Positions 27,961-40,660 of a DNA stretch of 64,000 nucleotides are shown in pieces; positions within the stretch are counted from its first letter, which is position 1, and each line of letters opens with the position of its first letter. The translations under genes and the position numbers were made by a program. The stretch is taken from NCBI RefSeq assembly GCF_009914755.1, contig NC_060930.1; one strand, given 5' to 3'. Under the pieces are notes generated by a model. It was not told the origin of the DNA and made no database searches. It was given only the letters and a program-made list of their open reading frames with translations. Origin of the DNA: the human T2T-CHM13v2.0 reference genome, Homo sapiens.

Positions 27961-28959
27961 GACACTCCAACTAAACTGGGCTCTTCACTGCATTGCAAAC
28001 CAGTCCTCCTCCTTCCTGCTGACCATAGTGCTTTTGTTAATCACGTTCACTCTGCCTGAATGTCCTTCACAGTCTCTATTCTTGAAATCTCCCCACCTAC
28101 ATGAGATTCTTTTGGATCAGAATTTCTCTATCTTCTCTGTCTGTGGCTCTTTTTAGCCACCTCTTTTTGGTACTTAGCACATTCTATTTTGTAGTTCTAT
28201 ACATTTGAGTGTATCTTTCACACATACGAGAGTGTAAAGTCAATGAACTTGAGTACAGTACCACAGATCTTTTTAGCAATAGTTCCTGAGCTCTTACTCT
28301 GTGTCAGGCATTGTCCCTGGTCCTAGGGTTATAAGGTGACTAAACTGTGACCTTAGATAACCTTATGTGATAGTCTGATTATTTATATTGCCCTGCAGCA
28401 CCTGGCTAAGTGCCTGTAACAAGCCCTCATACATTTTATTGGATCGAATGAAAGAGGAGAAGCAAATTAGCTGGCTGAATGATCACTGTGGATGAATAAG
28501 GACATGGAAAAAAAAAAAAAACTCCAATGCTTCCCCTGTATCAACAACATCTCTAATTGGCTCAAGGCAAACATGCACATTTTCTTCAATAAGATGTCAG
28601 AGAATGCAGCAGTACATGTAGGTGTAATTACACAGTGCTCTGTCATTCAAAGACATTCTTTGACACTCTCATTTCAGGCAAAGAAATACATATCTTGCTT
28701 AGAATGCTTTTCTTTTTCTTCTTTTTTTAGACTATTGCTATGTAATCTAATTCAATTCTTTTAAATGGAAGATTCATTAATGTATGATTACATGTTTCAT
28801 CAAGGAGATTTTATCAACTCCCCATTTGGAGAGGGATTTGGTAGAATGATTTTTACTAGAAAATGTCAGCCTGCGAAATGTTTAAAATTACAATCATCTA
28901 GAAAACACACTGGAAATTCCTTGGGAATTTTATTTGAAGGGTCTGTGTCTCTACATCAG

Positions 28960-29016
28960 GCACATCTATAATTGCACATATACATATAATTGCACATCTA
29001 TAATTGCACATATACA
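28960..29016. repeat. Tandem duplication (period 32, sub-unit TATAATTGCACAT)
   Basis: GCACATCTATAATTGCACATATACA at 28960-28984 and 28992-29016. Confidence 0.9.
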
Positions 29017-29689
29017 GATACACAGGTACACACAACCACGTGCATTTTTCTCTTTCTCCACCTTTGCATGCTGAAGTACGTTAAGCCTCTCCTTCTGGGT
29101 ACATCAAAACTTCCTAAGCCCATCCTCATACTTCCATTTCCAGCTAGGAGTCAACAGCCACATACACTCACTGACAGGATTGTCTTGGACTGGTGAGTTG
29201 GGAAGCTGACTTTTATCAGCTTCTAAAAGGTTTCACCAAAGCAGCTTTGTTTTTGTTTTTTATAAATTAACTCTACAAAAACAAGAGCTAATATCAGTAC
29301 GTGGGGAAAGTAGTTAATCCTCATACTCAGGAAATAAAATGACTGTCTTGAGACTAAGACTCGAGTAATCATCTGTAATCAATGAGTTTAGGCTTGTGTA
29401 GAAGTAATCTAAGAGACTCTTAGCAAATGTGTGGCTGCAACTTTATGGAAAGACCCAAATCTAATCTATCTAGGAAGGAATGAAAGGTATATGATAGCAA
29501 CTAAGAAAGTTGAAAACTGATGAAGAAGAAAGACTTCTAGCAGAAAATGGACTTCATAGATTCAAGGAAAGGGGGCCAGATGAAAAGAATGTGTTGGTAT
29601 TTGCTCACCGCTATGTGCTACTGGACTTTGGGACATAAGTATGGATCACACACCTGATTCACTAGACATTTACAAGTCCCAGCCCCACC

Positions 29690-30810
29690 CTAAAAATGCC
29701 TCAAAACGCTTCCCTGTGTCCAAATGTTCTAATAATTTTACAAATGGCTTTTTACAATTGGTTTCTCATAATCATGATCCTAAAAGAGATGCTCACATTG
29801 CGTTTGACTTATAAGCTTTTTAAGTCTCAATGTATGAGAGTTCCCCCTTTGATTATGTGGTTTGTTATGGAAAATGGATCCTTTAATCTGCAGCATTTCC
29901 TGCATTCTAGATTTAGCTTGTTTCATCCCCATAGTGTCATTTGCCATGCTTCTCTATACCTGATATTTTCTGAAAACTGGCCTGATAAGATTCAGGTTCA
30001 GTTCTTTGCCAAGAATACTTTATGGGTAGTCATCTAAGGTCTGATTGCCCCCTGTTTGGTGATGTGAAGGTTGATTAATGGGCTTAGTTAGGTAGTGTCA
30101 GCCCGATCCATCCATTCTGAAGTTCCTCGCCAATCTTTCACCTAAACATTTTCACAGCTGTTCATGATTGTCACCTAGATTCACTATTTTATTAGCAGTT
30201 AGAAATTGTTATTTAATAATTCTCCCATTTCCTCTGCATTGATTAGCTGGTATTGTTCTACAAAAAAAAAACATTCCCTCATCAAACATTTGGTTACCCT
30301 GAAATAGTTTGTATGTGAAAGAGAGGACATGTGATGGATTTTTTTTTTCCTTTTATCTACCAATTTTCAGAATGAGTTAGTGACCAATGAGTTTTTTTAC
30401 CATTATGAACATGAGTTTTATTTATTTGTTTAGTTATTTATTTTGAGACAGAATCTCACTCTGTTGCCCATAATCTAGATGCTAAGGGTTCTGATTGCTA
30501 CTGGATTTCCATTGCCTCTAAGCTTTATCAGCTAGGTCCAAGCTAGAAATACGTAAGTGTATTGTGGCTACATTAAAAGAAGACTTTTATCTGTTAGCGG
30601 TACATACTGCAATAACTATTAGTGATACACGGAACAAGAGCATGGATTTGTTTTTAAATACCCTAACTAAAAACTAGAAGTAGAAGAATGAAAAAAAATA
30701 AACTTGGAAAATGTTAAAGATGGATGATGGATGCATGGAAGTTTATTATACTATTAACTCTACTCTTACTGGATGTTTGAAAATCTCCATGATAAAAAAC
30801 TTAAGAAAGG
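29690..30810. mobile_element. Old L1 (L1MC-like) 3' UTR fragments
   Basis: GATTCAGGTTCAGTTCTTTGCCAAGAATACTT, GGTTACCCTGAAATAGTTTGTA and GAAGTTTATTATACTATT...TTTGAAAATCTCCATGATAAAAA resemble L1MC4/5 3' ends; the pieces may be in both orientations. Confidence 0.6.
30415..30470 (-). mobile_element. Short Alu 3' fragment
   Basis: T-rich tail plus TTGAGACAGAATCTCACTCTGTTGCCCA, then an abrupt end. Confidence 0.8.
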
Positions 30811-31291
30811 GATAATATCTCACAAACACACAGACACACACACACATACATGCAAATATACACCTGCCTTTTCACTTCTTTGCTCTTTGATTTTATGTAC
30901 ATATGTACATAACCACTTAATTACTCAACTCTCCATGTATGTTGATACAAGAAAGAATATAGAGGATATACGATGTGACTATTTAAATTTCAAAAAGGAG
31001 AAATCCCTATTATACGTTAATCAATTGTGAGCCTGGTTCCTTTCAGTCCTGTAGTTTGTAGTTCAACTTCTTTCCCCCATGACATCAAATGCCCCCCGAA
31101 GTTTCTCATCATTCGTGTTCATCACCACAGTCCTTTAGACATGCTGCATACAGGTACATCCTCCTCAAGGGGGCAGGACCCAAATCCTTGTGCCATCAAC
31201 CCCTGGCACTCCTGTGGTTGTACAGCTCTTTCAGGTCCATTTTTCTCTTTATTTCTAAATATATTTTTTAGTTCCTTCCTTACATCAATTA

Positions 31292-31702
31292 TTTCTTTCC
31301 TTCCTCCCTTCTTTCTTTCTTTTCTTTCTTTCTCGTTCTCCTTCCTTCCTTCCTTGCTTCCTTCCTTCCTTCTTTCTTTCCTTCCTTCCTTCCTTTTTCT
31401 TTCTTTCTTTGCTTTCAACAGAGTCTTGTTTTGTTACCTAGGCTGGAGTGCAGTGTGGCACAGTCATGTCTCACTGCAGCGTCAACTCCTGGGCTCAAGT
31501 GATCCTCTCACCTCAGCATCCTGAGTAGCTGGGACTATAGGTGCACACCACCACACCCAGCTAACTTTTTAAAAAATTCTTTTGTAGAGATAGGATCTTG
31601 CCATGTTGCCCAGGCTGGTCTCGAACTCCTGGGCTCAAGTGATCTTCCCACATTAGCCTCCCAAAGTGCTGGGAATACAGTCATAAGCCAACTTGCCTGG
31701 CC
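31292..31702 (-). mobile_element. Alu SINE (AluJ-like) with expanded (TTCC/CTTT)n tail
   Basis: Pyrimidine-rich tail at 31292-31415, then reverse Alu containing CTCCTGGGCTCAAGTGATC. Confidence 0.93.
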
Positions 31703-32204
31703 TAATATCTTTCTTAAGATAAGACCAGTCTGGATCAGAGATGAAAAAAGCAATAAACATTTATCAATATATGCTGTGTCACTGTGCTGGCCACTAGATA
31801 TGCAAACATAAATAAAACTCAATGCCTGCTCTCAAGGACATTATAGTGGGAGAGAACGATATAAACACATAAGTGCGTTACTGAGCCTTTAAGTCCCTCA
31901 GAAGTTAGTGGAAGAGAAAAAAAGGTTCAATACAGGTAAGTATACGTTTTACATCAGGTGTTCATGTACAGGGATTTCAAGCCACAAAAAAGGAGCAATC
32001 AATTCTGGGGAAACCCAGAAGAGAAAGCCTAGAGAGAAGAGGTAGCATGTGAATTCCCCAGACAATGAAGGGGCCTGGAGTCAAGGGAAGAGGGAGGAGA
32101 TATTTAGGGACAGGAAAAAGTAGATGTACAAAGGCCAAAGAGTGTGAATGGGCAGAGGAGGATGTAAGGGAGAGGACTTGGTTTTCTGCTTTGTACAGTA
32201 ACAA

Positions 32205-32430
32205 CATATGCCTGTAACTCTGGGCCCTGCAGGCCAAATGCAGCCTCTACTTGGTTTTTGTAAATAACACTTACTGGAACACTGCCATGCCTGTGGGTGT
32301 GCAGATTGTTCATGGCTACTTTTACACTAAAAGGCAGAGTTGTGTAGTTGCAACAGAGACCTTTTGGTCTTACAAGGCTGGTTTATGTACTTTCTAGCAC
32401 TTTACAGAAAATGTTTGCCAACTCTCTCTC
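32205..32430 (+). mobile_element. MER58A-like hAT DNA transposon relic
   Basis: GGCCAAATGCAGCC...TTTTTGTAAATAA..TTACTGGAACAC.GCCATG...GGCAGAGTTG.GTAGTTGCAACAGAGACC...TTTACAGAAAA.GTTTGCCAAC. Confidence 0.8.
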
Positions 32431-32440
32431 TCTCTAAAGC

Positions 32441-32650
32441 TATAGTTCTCAAACTTTAATGTGCATACAAATCACCTAGGAATCTTGTTTAAATGCGGAT
32501 TGTGATTCAGTAGGACTGGGTGGGCCTAAAGTTCTGAAATTCTAAGAGTTCTGAAGTTCTAAGATTCCTCCTTCCTTCACCTTTTGTGATGATCCAGGTA
32601 ATGTCAGTGTTGCTAGATGGCTTGACACACTTTCAGTAGCAAGGATCTAG
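32441..32650 (+). mobile_element. MER5A-family relic with internal duplication and insertion
   Basis: GTTCTCAAACTTTAATGTGCATACAAATCACCTAGGAATCTTGTT..AATGCGGATT.TGATTCAGTAGG...CCAGGT.ATG...CACACTTT.AGTAGCAAGG. Confidence 0.85.
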
Positions 32651-34619
32651 AGAAACTCTGGATCCTCAGGGCTTGTTCCTCCAGAATAGCAATCCAGTAA
32701 GGGGCATCTGAGAGTTGAGAATAAGGGGAGAGCTGAACTCATGGCTAGACACAACTTGGCTTACTAAAGTTCAGAGATGAAAAGCCTCATTTCAGTAATT
32801 ACAGTTTAGTTTTTTAGAACAGCTGTATAAATACCAAATGGCTATTCATCATATCTTTCTTCTTCCTCAAAACAAGGGTTATACCGTAGACACCCTAGGA
32901 CTTGCCTCTATTCTTTGTGTCTACATTTCTATTCCTTTTAGCTAAAGATCTAATTGGTAGGCTACATAAGGCTCCCACAAGTTCCTCATCCCCATCGAGC
33001 CACCACCATCTACATCCTCCTCCTATCTGCAATTAAATGTGATCAAACACATTTCCAAATGTGGTATCAAACTGAAAGAACCTCTTGCAAAACACAAGAA
33101 GAACAAATTCAGTGGGTCTCTGCCTTGAACCAACAATTATAAGAATAATGCCAATTTCCTCCTCCCCCTCCCCAAATCCTTATCACATTGATGGAAAATA
33201 AGAAAACGCACCTGAATGACTTAACATATGCTTTGCTTATGTCAGCTTGTCATTTTGAAGGTTGGAGTTGGGAACGCCCTCACCCCTCCTTTTATTTGTT
33301 ATTTAGAGGATTAGAACTAATTCATCTGGCAGACCTTGAGTTTGAGAGAAAATTTTGAATCATCTGGTATTCAAATGTGTTTATTCTTGGCAAAGAAGAA
33401 TTTCCTGATTTTGCACCAAATAAATAAATGAACAAATAAATAAATGAGGCTTATGTAAAAAGAACCAAGCTTACAGGGCACATTGGACATCAAATAGCTC
33501 TCAAAAGAGTAACATTTACATGAATTAACACCAAATGACTCAGAAACATAAGGATTGAATTCCCACAGGAAATTTACACATGGACATTGTACTTAATGTA
33601 TTCAATGGCGTGCATGTTACAATTTATCTGGAAAAATCATTTATTACTCATCGTGACTCCACAGGGTTCTTCGTGCTCCATGAGCCCTGGGCCAGGAGTC
33701 AAGGCTGAAAGTCCCTGCTCTGCTAACTCAGCAACATTTCTCAAGTCACTTAAACTCGTCACCTCGATATTTGCGTTGTGCCCAGTAAGGCCCATGCTAG
33801 CTCTGAAAAGCAGAATTAGGTGAATTTGCCCAAGATCACCCAAAGCTGAGCAGAACCAAGAGTCAGCCTTGGCCTTTTGATCCCAAGTGAAAGGCTTTTT
33901 GCAATTTTTTGAGCTGCCCCTGTAAGTAAAAACCATGTCTTTATTATCTTGTTCTTGAAAGACCAGTAAAAAAGGTACCCAGTCCAATTTGACCTAAACC
34001 TATAACCCCAAACATTTTTCAGTTGCTATGCTATTTTCTGCCGTAACATTTGGAAATCACTATTGTGGAGATTTGTGTGAGCTCCCAGGCAGCGCTGAAG
34101 ATTTGTAGTTCCTTCCAGTTAATGGAGAATTTGCTAGATAAACCTGGCTTGTGTTGTCAATATTTTTCGAGCTTTTCTGAGAGGGACTGCAGAAACTAAA
34201 TGTGACCATGTGACAACACATGCCTTCTGTGTTGCTTATGAATCTCCACCGTGCTCTTTACAAGTGTGTAAAGAGGAGGACCAGGGGCGCTGCGTGGAAA
34301 AACCAGGAAGGTCTGCTCCAGCATTCTTGGCCCAACGTTATAATAAAGCTAAGGAGGTTAGGAACACGAATGGGAAGATGGGGACACTATAATCAGTCCA
34401 TTGAAGCTTTTACAAATATTTCTCAATTAACTCAAAATAAAGAGAACAAAAGGCTGTGAGCAGGTAAGGGCAGATTCATCTCCTCTAGAAGAAGGGCTAC
34501 CGTAGCCCATCGAACACCTTTGTACCACTTAGGAAAAGGTGCCTCTCTGCAGGACACAGGGCTTAGTGAGCAAAGCATAGGCTGGATTTCAGTCATACCT
34601 TCTGCAGAACCTCCTGATA

Positions 34620-34880
34620 CAAGGAAAAAATATTTATACCCTGCTTACGATGTGCCTGAGACTGTTCTAAATGTAAGCATATATATTAATTATGTAATCT
34701 TCATAATGATCCAATGACCAGACTATTATGTACAAAAGTAACAATACTCAGGTTAATATCATTATCATTCCCAGTTTACAGATAAAGAAGCTGAGACAAG
34801 AAGCAGTTAAGAGACTTATCCAAGGTCGCACAGCTAGTAAACTGCAGAGTTAGAAATCTGCTCTAATGAGAAAATGATCT
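34620..34880 (-). mobile_element. MIR fragment
   Basis: CATTCCCAGTTTACAGATAAAGAAGCTGAG...GACTTATCCAAGGTCGCACAGCTAGTAA. Confidence 0.75.
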
Positions 34881-35083
34881 TCTAAACTTCAGCTTACTCC
34901 TGCCTTTGGAGCATTAAAAACACATCACTGTCTTCTCAGGGAGGACTTCTCCTGCAAGGCCAAGCATGCAGATATTTAATCTGTATTGTCTGACTTAAAA
35001 GACTGTACACAGACTAAGAAGCATTGATTCCAAAATACACATCAACAAAAAAAAGTCCTAAACTTGCATCATCCTTAGGTAAG

Positions 35084-35583
35084 TATATTAGTCAAAGTTC
35101 TCCAGAGAAACAGAACCAGTAGGATAGATATAGATATAGATTAGATATAGGTAGGTTTATTATGAGGAATTGGCTCATAGGATATGGAGGCTGAGAAGTC
35201 CCATAATTTGCATCTGTAAGCTGGAGACACAGGAAAGCTGGTGGCGTAATTCAGTCTGAGCCTAAAGGCCTGAGAACCAAAGGTGCTGATGGTATAAATC
35301 CCAGTACAAAATCAAGAGAAGATGAGATGAGATGTTTCTAGCAGTTGTGCAGGAAATAAAGAGGGGATGCAAGTTCCTCCTTCCTTCACCTTTTGTTCTT
35401 CTCAGGCCCCAAACAGATTGGATGATACTCTTCCACGCTGAGGAAAGAAATCTACATTACAGAATCCACTCAAATGCTAATCTCGTCCCAATGCACCCTC
35501 ACAGACACATGTAGAAACGGTGTTTACTCTGAGCACCCTGTGGCCCAGTCAAGTTGACACGACACATAGAATTAACCCTCATG
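35084..35583 (-). mobile_element. ERVL solo LTR (MLT2B-like)
   Basis: TATTAGTCAAAGTTCTCCAGAGAAACAGAACCAGTAGGATA(GATATA)n...GGAATTGGCTCA...GAGGCTGAGAAGTCCCA...CCCAGTCAAGTTGACAC...ATTAACC; TSD GTAAG / ATAAG. Confidence 0.92.
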
Positions 35584-38019
35584 ATAAGGTTCACAACAAA
35601 GCAAAGCCATTGGGGTGACCGCTGAAAGGGTTGCAGTAGAATGACTTGTATGTATGCTTGTTGTGTGATTGTCACACCTGTAATGTGGGTGCTTCAGGGT
35701 ATATGAAGCCATTGCCTTCTGAAGGTCAGTATATGATCAACAAAGGCTTTGATGGCCATCCAGGGTGACAGTAGAGTAGTTTTTGAGATAATGCATCTCC
35801 TGGAAGAAAATACTGTTAAACACTATGTCGGTGAACTGGATGCACATCATCCAGCCCTAATCAATTGAGAATAGAGACCACCTACTGTATACCGGAGCAT
35901 CCAGCATACAGAACTGGAATGTGCCCAATCACAGCCGTCTGTTTGCTCCTGAGCCTGTTCCACCCCCATCATCCTGCCCTTGCCTACAGAACTCTGAAGG
36001 GTCCCTAGGTGTGCCCCGGGCTTCCCCATTTGTGTGGCTCTGCGTTTGCTCCCACCTCTTCTTGGATGATCTTCTTGATTGTCCATCTGGCAAGCTACTC
36101 CTCCTTTATCAGAGGATTCATGTCCCCACGCTGTGACACTTTCTCTAATTCCCCCAAGATCTTCCTTCCAACATAAGTTCTCAACTGCACTGTGCGCTCA
36201 CCTTCATAACAGCAATTTAGGCTCAGTGTCCACAATTCAGGCTTTGGAGTTTAATGGAATTTTCTCCCTCCTGGGCTTCTTGACTCTCTGGCATCTGCTG
36301 ACTCTTCCTCAGATGAAGATGATCAGAGTCCCCCTCTCACAGTGGGGAAGATCAAATGATACACTCACTTAAAAGCTCAGAAAGGCTCCAATATGTGTTT
36401 CCCAGTCATATCATGCTGGGTTGCAGTTGTCAGCTAAGTGTTCATTGCTCTTTGAGGCCAAAATCATGCTTTTTCCACCTCAGATTCCAGCGCACTTAGC
36501 AAAGTACCTGATTAGGATAAGCCTTCGGTGAATATGTATTAAACAAAGGAATGAATAAACATTAGAGCAGCCAAGAACCTTACAGGGGCTCTTAGCTGAT
36601 GTTTTGCCATGAGTACAAGGACCCATTTCAAAAATACAATTTGATGGTCCCCACAAAATCATAGCTATTTTTAATATCTGTGGATTGAGAATATAATAAG
36701 CTGCTATGGATTTGATGAACTTTTGAAAAAAATCTCTGCTACCCACCAGGGGCTTACAATCCCCAGCTTGGGGCCACACATCTAATTCAACTCCTGTACT
36801 TTAACGGTAGAAAAATGTCAACATTGAAATTGAGTATTTCTTAGGTCACAGAACCAAGTGACTGTAGAGTCAGAACAAGAAAGTAAGTCTCTTGAAGCCC
36901 TTGCCCTTGCTCTCAGGGAGCTTATCATCTTACAGGGGAACCCCAGCTAGCTCATATATCAGATACTTTGGAAGAAACATAAAGCTCTCTATTACCAAGA
37001 GCTGAGTGGTGAGCCAAAAATTGACAAATGAAGTTGGAGCTCAGGCTGGTAATATAGTGGTTGCTCTGGGGATTTTTTAGTGGGCTTCTGACAAATATTG
37101 AAAAGTGAATATTTCACTTCTGAAATATTTAGAGCACCAGTGAGCAGCTCAGTGTCACTAAGTTGCCTTGTCCCCCTTTAAACTTCCTTGGGTCCTGAAA
37201 GTGTTTATATTATACTTTGAAACTGTTGTCTAAAACAGGAGGAGGTAGATAAAGAGGCGTGAGACAGATTTAGGTGCACCCTTTTCAGTGGACTCCTTTG
37301 GAATTTATGACTCCATGCAATCATCACCCGTTTAAAATTTCACCTGTGCCTCTGCTTTTATCAACAGCATTGAAAAGGCACGTGGAGCACTGGGGGTTGT
37401 TAATAGTCTGGAGATGTAGTGTGATGGCTCACAGTTTCAATATTTTAATACAGTTCTTGCTTACAGTCATGTTTCTCAAGCAGGCTGGTTTTGCTCCCGT
37501 GGAGTGTATTGCAGAGGCTATTGCTGGAGGCGATGAAAATTTTAGGAGGCTATGACAATCATCTGAGCAAGAAATTTGAACCTTGAGTGTGAACCAAGGG
37601 AGAGACAGTGGTGCAGACGGGGAAAGGATAGACCTGAGAGAAGAGTAATCTCTCTGAAGAGAACATGGGTCTGTCTTGCCCAGTTGAGTGTGGAAATTGA
37701 GAACAAGCGTGGAATAAAAAATAATACCATTGCCCAAGACCACTCAACTCTTTTAAATGTCACCCTAAGTAGGGAAGCCTTGTAGGTCAGGCAACTGGGG
37801 AACCCTCGGAGACCCCTTGGCTTTTTTTCTGCATTTACACTCACCTTCCCCAGGTACCCAGTATTTTCTAGGAGCCACCAGAAGTAGCAGGTCTTGTCTT
37901 CTTATTCTTTTTTTCTCTGGCTTTCTTAGACCTGATTTGTGACCTTTTTCTCAGGAGCTTTTTGTCCCTGTCAGAGACTTGATGCAGGGCTAGGTCAACA
38001 CTAACTCGTGATGATATCA

Positions 38020-38600
38020 ATAGCCAACACATATTGAGTATTAAGTATTTTCCATTTATTTTCCTGTTTGGTCCTTAACAAGAACTCTCTGAAACAGATA
38101 ATATTATTATTCCCATTTTTTTCAGATGGTAAAATCAGCAACACAGAAATGAAGTGTCAAGATTTGAACCTAGACAGTTTGACTTCATAACCTTTACTTC
38201 TCTACCCCACCTCTTCCACAAACAACAAGGGATGAATCAGATCCACAATGGCCATTATTCTACTCTCGTATGGGCACTTTCCTCTATCCTTGTAGTAGCT
38301 AGGACACTGTTATACACATATCTAATAATTTGAATAGATCACTAGTAAAAGGATACTCATTAAGGCCACATTATTCCCAGAATTTTGAGGTGCAAAGAGC
38401 TAACATCTATTGAGTGTTTATTATGCTCCAGGATCACCACATGCTTATGTGCATGCATTCACCTAAACTTCACAGCAACCCTTTGAGGTAGGTACTATGA
38501 TCACCAAGTCTATTTCATAAATGAGGAAATGGAACTCCAGAGATCGCATGCCAATTCAGGGACAGATTTGGAGATTCATACTCTCAGATTGTCTCTAGAA
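38020..38600 (-). mobile_element. Two MIR fragments
   Basis: TATTATTCCCATTTTT.CAGATG...GATTTGAACCTAG and ACAGCAACCCTTTGAGGTAGGTACTAT...ATGAGGAAA. Confidence 0.65.
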
Positions 38601-38606
38601 CTCATA

Positions 38607-38940
38607 CTTTTTTTTCTTTTTTTTTTTTTTTGACAGGATCTCACTCTGTCACTTAGGCTAGAGTGCAGAGATGTGATCTCAGCTTACTGCAGCCTTGACC
38701 TTCCTGGCTCAAACGATCCTCCCACTTCTAGCCTCCTGAGTAGCTAGAACTACAGGACCTTTGTGTCCCTGTCAGAGACTTGATACAGGCACACACTACC
38801 TGGCTAATTCTTGTATTTTTTGTAGAGAAGAGGTTTTGCCACGTTGCCCAGGCTCATCTGGAACTTCTCAGCTCAAGTGATCTGTCCACATTGGCATCCC
38901 AAAATGCTGGGATTACAGGTGTGAGCCACTGCACCTGGCC
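38607..38940 (-). mobile_element. Alu SINE (AluJ-like) carrying a 33-bp templated insertion
   Basis: Reverse Alu; TSD TAGAAYTCATACTTTT at 38596 and 38941; non-Alu sequence at 38757-38789. Confidence 0.95.
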
Positions 38941-39364
38941 TAGAATTCATACTTTTAACCATCATTCTGTGCTGTAATACAGGTGTACCCACAAAGAGTT
39001 CATAGTCGTATAAAGGAAATTTATGCATAAATAAGAGCCCCAGAATGGATCCCAAAATATATAATATGGGTTTTTATAACCTAAGCAAATGTGGAATTGA
39101 AGTGCAAAGATTAGGCAAGATTTGAACAAAGGAAAAGAAAAAAAAGAAAAGCACTCCAGGTATGGAGGTCAGCATGAGAAAAGACAATAGGTAAAAGCAA
39201 ATTGATTCATTGATTGGCAGGGTCAGAGGTTTCATGTTCGCGGAACAGGCTCAAAAGGAAATTTGGAGCTTTTGATTATCAGGCTGTGAAATGTGATCTT
39301 TTATCGTGTAGATTTTTAAAAAAGAAATGAAATGGCGTAGTGAAGGTCATTATCTAAGGGGGAT

Positions 39365-39500
39365 ATTGAGCCTCAGTTTCTTCATCTGTAAAATGGAGCT
39401 ATTAAGAGTACCTGACAGGTAGTCTGGGCGAAGGTGTGTAAAGTACGAAGCACAGTGCCAGGAATAGCGTAAGTTTGCAACAAATGGTAGTTATCTGACT
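39365..39500 (+). mobile_element. MIR fragment
   Basis: TGAGCCTCAGTTTCTTCATCTGTAAAATGGAG core. Confidence 0.8.
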
Positions 39501-39849
39501 GTGGACTAAGAGCTGAATTGTGTAGGGAAGAACTTGACAACAGGGAGCTGCGTGAAAGGCGGCAGATGTAAAAAAGGAAGGACAGTGGGGGCTCTTGTTG
39601 CCATGGTGAATATTAAGGAAGAGGGCGATGCTGTATGCTGAGTGACTCTCAAGTTTCCAGCCTAACTGGCACTCATGGAAGAGGTGGAGAATTTAAGATA
39701 GAGTGAGCTGATTTTTGTGGAAGGGTTGCATTTGGCGCTGAACCTGCAGGGACAATGGTGATAGCTAGGAGGCGAGTGGAGATAAGAAGAGCTCTTTAAA
39801 ATGTCACTATGTGTGGTCCTGAGTTTGGAGTCATCTATGTAGATGTCAC

Positions 39850-40660
39850 ATACCTCCTTGCTCCACTCCCTGGAATACTCTTCCCCCAGACATGCCCGTG
39901 ATTGGCTCTTCTTATCATTCAGGGATTAGCTCTAGTGTCACCTCTTAAGACCCTCTTCCCTCTCCATTTCATCACCCCAATTTGTTTACTTCATAACATC
40001 ATCACTCTTCTTCCCCCAGGAGAGTGTGAGCTGCAAGCAGACAGGAGCTTGGTCCTGTTGCCCACGGAATCTCTAGGGCCCAGAAAAGTGTCTGGAACAC
40101 AGTAGGACTCGCGATGTCCTAAGTAAATGGTACTAAACACTATTAAACTCAGTAAATAGACATACACTTGAATACGTGAATAAATAAAGCTATGATGTCC
40201 CATGCCAGCAGAGAGTGAGAAAGAAGGGCAAAAGGTCAGGATCCAACCCCTTGGAAATCTCCACGATGCAGGAGGCAGGTTTGGGATAAAGGAAGAGTAA
40301 AAATGAAGTCAGAGAGGTGGGAAATGAACCAGGGTACAGAAGTGTCCTGAAGACCAAGGCAGAAGGTGTGTTAAAGACAAATTCAACATGGTCAAATGCT
40401 GCAGGAGAATTAAAGACAATGAACGATAAGAACAGGGCATTTGACTGGGGGCTGGGGCTTCGTTCACTGTGAGGATGCACCCGAGGCTGAGAGGGACAGG
40501 GGGATGGAGGGAAGCAGGTGCTACTACCCACCTATTGCCCATTGTTAGGAGTCTTCGCATGGGAAACAGGGTGAAAAATAAGATAGTAGCTTAAGGAAGG
40601 AGGAATGAAGATGAAAGTGGCTGCTTGATTGGAGAGAACTTGGCCTGAGAAGGGAGAGAT
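39850..40660. mobile_element. L2 LINE fragments (both orientations)
   Basis: CCCTGGAATACTCTTCCCCCAGA...GTGTCTGGAACACAGTAGG as an L2 3' end; TCAAATGCTGCAGGAGA...GTTCACTGTGAGG in reverse. Confidence 0.6.

Noticed and set aside
27592-28156. Pro-rich ORFs
   Set aside because: Explained by the C-rich decayed minisatellite and adjacent L2-like DNA
31027-31524. Longest ORF (165 aa, F/L/S-rich, membrane-protein-like)
   Set aside because: It runs through the (TTCC/CTTT)n tail and the body of an antisense Alu
34494-34541. Small hairpins with 7-bp arms (also near 23180, 23378 and 43529)
   Set aside because: Dozens of such stems are expected by chance in 64 kb
35060-35090. Another AG|GTAAGT junction (similar ones near 31935, 34463 and 63651)
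   Set aside because: The polypyrimidine tract is weak or absent; the 35079 instance is the TSD/start of the MLT2B LTR
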